Assembly (NCBI GenBank): GCA_028280515.1
Contig: JANQLP010000162.1
Coordinates: 58,092-90,091 of the forward strand
From: Hyphomicrobiales bacterium
GTDB taxonomy: Bacteria; Pseudomonadota; Alphaproteobacteria; Rhizobiales; Methyloligellaceae
Direction: 5' to 3'
Length of the DNA: 32,000 nt
Shown here: piece by piece, positions 27,131 through 32,000 of the stretch
Layout: every line of letters begins with the position of its first letter
How positions within the stretch are numbered: position 1 is the stretch's first letter
Notes under the pieces: generated by a model
The model's input: the letters and a program-made list of their open reading frames with translations, nothing else
The model's database searches: none
Told to the model about the DNA's origin: nothing
Made by a program: the position numbers and the translations under genes

Positions 27131-28090
27131 CTAGATCCCGTCGGGCACCGGTTCCCCGGCATCCTGGAGTTTCGCGCGCAGCCTGTCGAACAGGGCTTCC
27201 AGCTCCTTCGTGTCGTCGGCATCCATTGCCGGGCCCGGTGCACGCGCCAGCGGGCAGGAGAGCGCGCCAAGCCGCCGAAGCGACTCTTTTCTGAGCGCGA
27301 GGCCGAACCCGAACTGTTGTTCGTGCCGGATCAGGGGCAGGTAAAGATCGAACAGATCCTCTGCTTCGTCCGCCTTCCCTTCCGCGAACAGTTCGTAGAC
27401 CTTGACCAGCGAGCCGATGAACGCAAAGCCCGTCATGATGCCGTCGGCACCGCGACGCAGCTCCTGCGGCACGTACAGGCCCCCATTACCCGTGAGGATC
27501 GAGACACGGCGCACGCCCTCCGTGTCTGGGGCATTGCGAAGGGCAGTCAGCTTGCGGTGGCCGGGGCAATCCTCGTGCTTGAACATCTTGATGCGCGGAT
27601 GATCGGTGATCAGCCTGTTGATCACCGCATTGGAGAAATAGACGGTCGTGGTGGGCGGGTAGTCCTGCAGACAGACGGGCGTCGCGTCGTCGAGTTTGGA
27701 CATCACCTTGTCGAAATAGCCCAGCACCTGCTCATCGGTTTTCAGGCCGCCGATACCGGCAACCATCACGCCGGCGGCGCCCGCATCCATCGACGCCTTG
27801 GACAACGCCGCCAGATTGTCGATGCCGGGATTGGAGACCCCAACGATCACCGGAACGCGCCCGCCGACCCGTTTGATGTAGCGCTGCATAAGCTCGGTCT
27901 GCTCGGAGTCCGTCAACTTCGGCGCCTCGCCCATCACGCCGAGGACCGTCATTCCGTGTACACCCTGGTCGATATAGAAGTCCGTCAGACTGTCGACGCT
28001 GTCGAAATCCACCTCACCGGACTCGGTGAACGGCGTCGCCGCGATGACGTAAACGCCCTTGGCCGATTCATCGAGAAGTTTGCCTGTCAT
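27131..28090 (-). CDS. dihydrodipicolinate synthase/N-acetylneuraminate lyase-family (class I aldolase) protein
   Basis: GVYVIAATPFTE.GEVD, GVHGMTVLGVMGEAP.LT..E, PVIVGVS and KMFKHED (candidate Schiff-base Lys region). 319 aa, longer than canonical DapA. Confidence 0.8.
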   Translation of the reverse strand: MTGKLLDESAKGVYVIAATPFTESGEVDFDSVDSLTDFYIDQGVHGMTVLGVMGEAPKLTDSEQTELMQRYIKRVGGRVPVIVGVSNPGIDNLAALSKASMDAGAAGVMVAGIGGLKTDEQVLGYFDKVMSKLDDATPVCLQDYPPTTTVYFSNAVINRLITDHPRIKMFKHEDCPGHRKLTALRNAPDTEGVRRVSILTGNGGLYVPQELRRGADGIMTGFAFIGSLVKVYELFAEGKADEAEDLFDLYLPLIRHEQQFGFGLALRKESLRRLGALSCPLARAPGPAMDADDTKELEALFDRLRAKLQDAGEPVPDGI

Positions 28091-28179
28091 GCTCCCGTTT
28101 CACTCCCTGCTTTGAAGTTGTTTTTGCTTTCAACCCGTCCGCCACGCCCGGGGGGCCTGTGACTTGCTTCTGATCTATC

Positions 28180-28190
28180 ACAGGTGCGGA
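28180..28190 (+). repeat. left arm of the 11-bp inverted repeat bounding the low-GC island
   Basis: ACAGGTGCGGA is the exact reverse complement of TCCGCACCTGT at 29330-29340. Confidence 0.5.
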
Positions 28191-28417
28191 CAGATACAGC
28201 ACGTTCAGAATGGACGGCAATTCCCACATTTGCTCGGCTCGGAACGCACCGCGCAATTCCGCCAATTCTCCAGGTGTGGTTTGAAAGACCTGCTGACATG
28301 TCCGTTTTCGGACGCGGAACAGCCGCAAATCAATTTGGCATCACATTAACCATCATGACCCAGGGGACAGTTCTTTTCCAAATTGTTCGAATTAAGATAT
28401 TCGAGAAGAATAACGAC

Positions 28418-28446
28418 TTGGATGCATATAAAATATATACTATGAT
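28418..28446 (+). promoter_or_regulatory. sigma70-like promoter for the EEP gene
   Basis: TTGGAT (28418-28423), 17-nt AT-rich spacer, TATGAT (28441-28446), about 40 nt upstream of ATG 28487. Confidence 0.35.
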
Positions 28447-28486
28447 ACACCTTAATCTGTTCTTTTTTTGATGTTGGACTATTGAA

Positions 28487-29311
28487 ATGGCAAAAGCATT
28501 TTCAATATTGGTTTGGAATGTTGAACATTTCGGAGCCACAGACAAAAAGAAGAAAAAACCAAAGAAAAAAATCAAGCCGATCATAAAGAAAATTGCTGCT
28601 TCTAAAGCCGATATAGTCGCTATTATTGAAGTTCGAAGCAGCTTGGTTGCCGCAGAATTGATGAAGGAATTGCCTGATCACTTCTTTTTCATAACTGAAG
28701 GCGAGCAGATGCAGGAAATCCTGGTTGGAATTCGAAAATCCCTGCCCGCTTTCATCACCCAGAAGAACGAATTCCAGGCGGGCCAAACCACTCTTCGTCC
28801 TGGTTTATTGGTAACGCCGATGGTTGACGGTGAAGCCTATCCCCTACTTTTTCTCCACGTGAAATCAATGCCCGACCCGAGAGGGTTTGGCATACGCAAT
28901 TACATGACCAAAAAGGCGTTTGATTTCAGAAACGTTCTTAAGGATGCAATAGACGGCGAAACCCCAAACTACATCTTTCTTGGCGACCTCAACACGATGG
29001 GAATGAACTATTTCGGTTCGGACAAGGATATAAGCGGCGGGCGAGAGATAAAGGAACTGGCTGCAGCCGCCAAAAGACGCAACATGCGTTTGCTAAGCAA
29101 AGATCACTCAGCGACATATTGGAGCGAGGAATATGGGGAGAGTGATTTGGACCATGTCGTGGCCATGGATCATTTAAAATTCAAGACATTTGGCGGTAAA
29201 GAGGTTCGCGTTTCCGGCTGGAACAACAAAAATACCGATGCCGGGCGAAAGGAATGGGTCAAAAAATATTCCGACCATGCGATGCTTTATTTGGAAGTGC
29301 AAAAGGTCTGA
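28487..29311 (+). CDS. endonuclease/exonuclease/phosphatase (EEP, DNase I/ExoIII-like) family protein with poly-Lys insert
   Basis: EEP motif series in canonical order: VWN11VE, AIIE48V, LFLH124V, LGD167LN169, DLD222H, YSD263H264. No signal peptide. 274 aa. Confidence 0.85.
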   Translation: MAKAFSILVWNVEHFGATDKKKKKPKKKIKPIIKKIAASKADIVAIIEVRSSLVAAELMKELPDHFFFITEGEQMQEILVGIRKSLPAFITQKNEFQAGQTTLRPGLLVTPMVDGEAYPLLFLHVKSMPDPRGFGIRNYMTKKAFDFRNVLKDAIDGETPNYIFLGDLNTMGMNYFGSDKDISGGREIKELAAAAKRRNMRLLSKDHSATYWSEEYGESDLDHVVAMDHLKFKTFGGKEVRVSGWNNKNTDAGRKEWVKKYSDHAMLYLEVQKV

Positions 29312-29329
29312 ACTCTGCCACCACTCGCC

Positions 29330-29340
29330 TCCGCACCTGT
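29330..29340 (+). repeat. right arm of the 11-bp inverted repeat bounding the low-GC island
   Basis: TCCGCACCTGT lies 19 nt after the EEP stop codon. Confidence 0.5.
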
Positions 29341-29500
29341 CCGCTCATAGACGAGTAGCCGCCATCCTTGTTGTGCCTCTCTATGTCATATCCCCGCGCG
29401 ATGTCTTCCGCTGCCCGTCCGCGTCAGATCTGGGGTCGTCGAGCGAGGCTTCGAAGGCACCGTAAGGCCTGGTCCCCCCGCTTCGTGTGATTGGCCCTAA

Positions 29501-30313
29501 ATGAATCCGGAAAATGGAACTATTCAAGGTGCCAAATTAGCGACTACCGTTGCGCCATATGTCGCCAGAAGCCGTCACGGAGCGAATGTGCTTACAAACT
29601 CTCTCGGCCAGCCCATTGGCCATCCAGTCCCGGACTGGCAACCCGTTTCGCCACCGCCTCATACACCGATGGAAGGGGCATTCTGCCGTGTTGAACCGCT
29701 CGATATCGATGTTCATGCAAGCGCGCTGTTCAAGGCTTTTCGCATGGACAAGGACAACCGGAACTGGACCTATCTCGGTTATGGCCCGTTCGAGACCGAA
29801 GCCGGTCTCCGCGACTGGATGGCTGCATCCTGCACGGGCAATGATCCCTTCTTTCATGCGATTGTGGACAACGACACGGACGACGCCGTCGGCGTCGCGA
29901 GCTACCTCCGGATCGAGCCGGCAGTCGGCGTTATCGAAACCGGGCACATTCACTATTCACCCCTGCTGCAACGCCGGCCCGCCGCCACCGAGGCGATGTT
30001 CCTGATGATGCGGCGGGTCTTTTCCGAGCTCGGCTATCGCCGGTATGAGTGGAAATGCGATGCCCTCAATGCGCCGTCACGGCGCGCGGCCGAACGGCTC
30101 GGTTTTCGCTTTGAAGGGATCTTCCGCCAGGCAACGGTCTACAAGGGCCGCAATCGGGATAGCGCCTGGTATTCCATTCTCGACCGCGAATGGCCCTTGC
30201 TCGAGCGTGCCTTTTGCCAGTGGCTCGATCCTGACAATTTCGATGAGCGCGGCCGGCAGAAAACCAGTCTGGCGGCATTCACGGAAAACGTGGAACGGGC
30301 TGAATCCGCTTAG
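29501..30313 (+). CDS. GNAT-family N-acetyltransferase (RimJ/RimL-like)
   Basis: LGQPIG.PVPDW.P...P..TPMEG..CR.EPLD, then IETGHIHYSPLLQRRPAATEAMFLMMRRVF.ELGYRRYEWKCDALNAPSRRAAERLGF.FEG. Start could be ATG 29501 or GTG 29588. Confidence 0.8.
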   Translation: MNPENGTIQGAKLATTVAPYVARSRHGANVLTNSLGQPIGHPVPDWQPVSPPPHTPMEGAFCRVEPLDIDVHASALFKAFRMDKDNRNWTYLGYGPFETEAGLRDWMAASCTGNDPFFHAIVDNDTDDAVGVASYLRIEPAVGVIETGHIHYSPLLQRRPAATEAMFLMMRRVFSELGYRRYEWKCDALNAPSRRAAERLGFRFEGIFRQATVYKGRNRDSAWYSILDREWPLLERAFCQWLDPDNFDERGRQKTSLAAFTENVERAESA

Positions 30314-30421
30314 CGCAAGGATGCCCGTTCTACGCAACACGGCGCGACCATGTGTATATCGCCGCCCGCACTTGCGGCACGCCGACTGGCAGATCTTCCG
30401 GCTTAAAAGTACAGGCCCTGC

Positions 30422-31123
30422 TTACAGGTCGATCGCTTCCCCGACTTTCGCAACCACCACGTTCTGCCCCTTCGCATGGTCGATGAACTTATCGGGGGTC
30501 TGGTCGATGATCGGGAACGTGCCGTAGTGGATCGGGATCACGGTATCGAACTTGAAGAATTTGCCGCACGCCATCGCCGCGGTGCGCGCGCCCATGGTGA
30601 AGCGGTCACCGACCGGCACGAGCCCGACCTTCGGCTCAAAAATCTCGTTGATCAGGCCCATGTCGCCGAAAATCTCCGTGTCGCCCATGTGATACACGGT
30701 CGGTCCGCCCTTGGAGCGGATCACAAGCCCGCACGGATTACCGAGATAGATGGGCACGCCGTCGACCATGGTGCTGGCGGAGTGGTACGCCTTGACGAAG
30801 CTCACGTCGAAATCGCCGCAATCGATGGTGCCGCCCGGGTTGGCCGGCTCCATTTTTTCCACACCCTTGTTCGCGAGGTGGCTGACCAGTTCGAACACGC
30901 CGATCACGGTCGCATTGGTGCGTTTGGCGATATCGACCGTATCGCCCACATGGTCGTCGTGCCCGTGTGTGAGGGCGATGTGGGTGGTGCCGTCGCGGGC
31001 CTGTTCGATCGGCGTGCCGCTCTCCTCGAAGACGCCGTTTCCGGTCAGGAAAGGATCGATCAGCAGCACGCTCGATCCTGTTTCGATGCGAAAGGCCGAG
31101 TGCCCGAGCCAGGTCAGTTTCAT
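30422..31123 (-). CDS. metal-dependent hydrolase, MBL fold (UPF0173-like)
   Basis: MKLTWLGHSAFRIETG...LIDPFL and THGHDDH metal motif. ATG 31123 is preceded by GGAGGG. The track start at 31135 would include the RBS. Confidence 0.85.
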   Translation of the reverse strand: MKLTWLGHSAFRIETGSSVLLIDPFLTGNGVFEESGTPIEQARDGTTHIALTHGHDDHVGDTVDIAKRTNATVIGVFELVSHLANKGVEKMEPANPGGTIDCGDFDVSFVKAYHSASTMVDGVPIYLGNPCGLVIRSKGGPTVYHMGDTEIFGDMGLINEIFEPKVGLVPVGDRFTMGARTAAMACGKFFKFDTVIPIHYGTFPIIDQTPDKFIDHAKGQNVVVAKVGEAIDL

Positions 31124-31259
31124 AAGTCCCTCCAATGCGATGTAGGATGGTTGGCGTTGTTTTCAGTATTGCGTGCAGTATAAAGCCGCAACCGGTTCCA
31201 ACAACAAGATCGGGAATTAAATCGGTGCGTTATGCCGCGCCTGTCCTGGACACCACCAT

Positions 31260-31748
31260 ATGGCCGAAACCGAAACGCTGACGCTTGAAGGCCTTGCCGC
31301 GCACCTGCCGGCCGGGACCCGCCTTCTCGGTCTGGACCTCGGCACGAAGACCATCGGCCTCGCCCTCTCCGATACGTCCCGCCGCGTGGCCTCGCCCCTT
31401 GAGACCATCCCCCGGAAGAAATTCACACAAGACGTCAAATTGCTCATGGAAGCCGTCGAAAAGCATGATGTCTCGGCACTTGTCATTGGGCTGCCACTGA
31501 ACCTTGACGGCTCGGAGGGCCCGCGCAGCCAGGCAACCCGGGCATTCGTCCGCAACCTGCGCCAGCACACCGATCTGCCCGTGGTCTATTGGGATGAGCG
31601 CCTGTCGACCGTGGCGGCGGAGCGCACGCTTCTGGAAGCCGACACCAGCCGAAAGCGCCGGGCCGAGGTTATCGACAAGATGGCGGCCGCCTTCATCCTG
31701 CAGGGGGCCCTCGACCGCCTGAGCAACATCGCGGCAAACGAGAGCTGA
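31260..31748 (+). CDS. ruvX: Holliday junction resolvase-like / pre-16S rRNA nuclease YqgF
   Basis: [43 protein letters not shown] and [11 protein letters not shown] are YqgF family hallmarks. Confidence 0.9.
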   Translation: MAETETLTLEGLAAHLPAGTRLLGLDLGTKTIGLALSDTSRRVASPLETIPRKKFTQDVKLLMEAVEKHDVSALVIGLPLNLDGSEGPRSQATRAFVRNLRQHTDLPVVYWDERLSTVAAERTLLEADTSRKRRAEVIDKMAAAFILQGALDRLSNIAANES

Positions 31749-31760
31749 GGAGAACCGGCC

Positions 31761-32000
31761 ATGTCAGGAGTGACCATTCTCGACATCGTTGCGGTGGCCT
31801 GGTTCTTTCTAATGACCATCGGATACGCCTTTGCCACCAACAAGGGCTTCCTGTCCCATGGTGGAATTGTCCAGGCCATCAACCAGAGGCGCGAGGAATG
31901 GATGGCCAACATGGCCATGCGGGACAACCGCATGGTCGACATTCAGGTGCTGGCCAACCTCGCGCGCGGCAATTCGTTCTTCGCCTCGACGTCGGTTCTC
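31761..32000 (+). CDS. DUF599-like membrane protein, 3' end beyond the window
   Basis: ATG 31761 is preceded by GAGGAG at 8-nt spacing. The frame stays open to the window edge (80 codons). RREEWMANMAMRDNRMVDIQVLANLARGNSFFASTSVL matches the DUF599 pattern as I recall it. Not in the ORF track because no stop is reached. Confidence 0.65.
   Translation, partial: MSGVTILDIVAVAWFFLMTIGYAFATNKGFLSHGGIVQAINQRREEWMANMAMRDNRMVDIQVLANLARGNSFFASTSVL

Larger units (their letters stand above)
28180..29340. other. low-GC island, likely horizontally acquired, carrying one gene
   Basis: There is an abrupt compositional drop relative to both flanks (judged by eye, not computed). It contains an AT-rich 28330-28486 leader and one ORF with AT-biased codons, and it is bounded by the 11-bp inverted repeat. 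Confidence 0.6.

Noticed and set aside
28380-28400. GTTCGAATT, reminiscent of a tRNA T-loop, which might have marked a tRNA-linked integration site for the island
   Set aside because: No acceptor, D or anticodon stems can be formed around it. It is part of an AT-rich TTCGAAT/ATTCGAG imperfect dyad in the promoter leader.
28068-28471. Small ORFs in the left arm of the island: 28068-28328(-) 86 aa, 28164-28349(+) 61 aa and 28184-28471(+) 95 aa
   Set aside because: They have no Shine-Dalgarno sequences and their sequences are odd. One spans the predicted promoter, and one overlaps the DHDPS-like start. I treat the left arm as noncoding leader or promoter until expression data say otherwise.
29312-29470. 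Minus-strand open frame reading ...GRAAEDIARGYDIERHNKDGGYSSMSGQVRRRVVAEF..., considered as a possible remnant of a recombinase or other mobility gene next to the island
   Set aside because: It has no start codon or RBS and is interrupted by stops upstream. It runs antisense into the EEP gene and I cannot match it to any family. The idea is only worth testing by tBLASTn.

Overview
High-GC (over 60% by eye), densely coding chromosomal segment. The protein families and intergenic hairpin repeats suggest an alphaproteobacterium, possibly Rhizobiales-like; that is inference only. I support about 37 protein genes and found no rRNA, tRNA, CRISPR array, transposase or integrase. Core content: ubiG, a glutathione peroxidase, a TRAP transporter (Q-M-P), a GST / IalB-like / secreted-protein run, a quinone oxidoreductase, an EamA exporter, gatC-gatA-ridA-chorismate mutase-gatB with a divergent YbaK-like deacylase, a DHDPS-family lyase, a GNAT, an MBL-fold hydrolase, ruvX and a DUF599 fragment. 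Three parts look accessory. (1) A complete phosphite-oxidation locus ptxABCDE (6010-10520) in the same gene order as the Pseudomonas stutzeri prototype, with a possible Pho-box array upstream. (2) A roughly 0.6 kb array of three composite hairpin-repeat units (12216-12781), bracketed by a roughly 25-bp direct repeat that includes the stop codon of the neighbouring TrpF-family gene. (3) A roughly 1.16 kb low-GC island (28180-29340) bounded by an 11-bp inverted repeat. It carries its own AT-rich promoter and one intact, orphan EEP-fold (DNase I/ExoIII-like) gene with an unusual poly-lysine insert. Island (3) is my best candidate for something undescribed: a stand-alone defence nuclease, an effector or a selfish nuclease gene. 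It is a single gene, though, and its function cannot be settled from sequence alone. Many long ORFs in the six-frame track are antisense shadows typical of high-GC DNA, and I rejected them.
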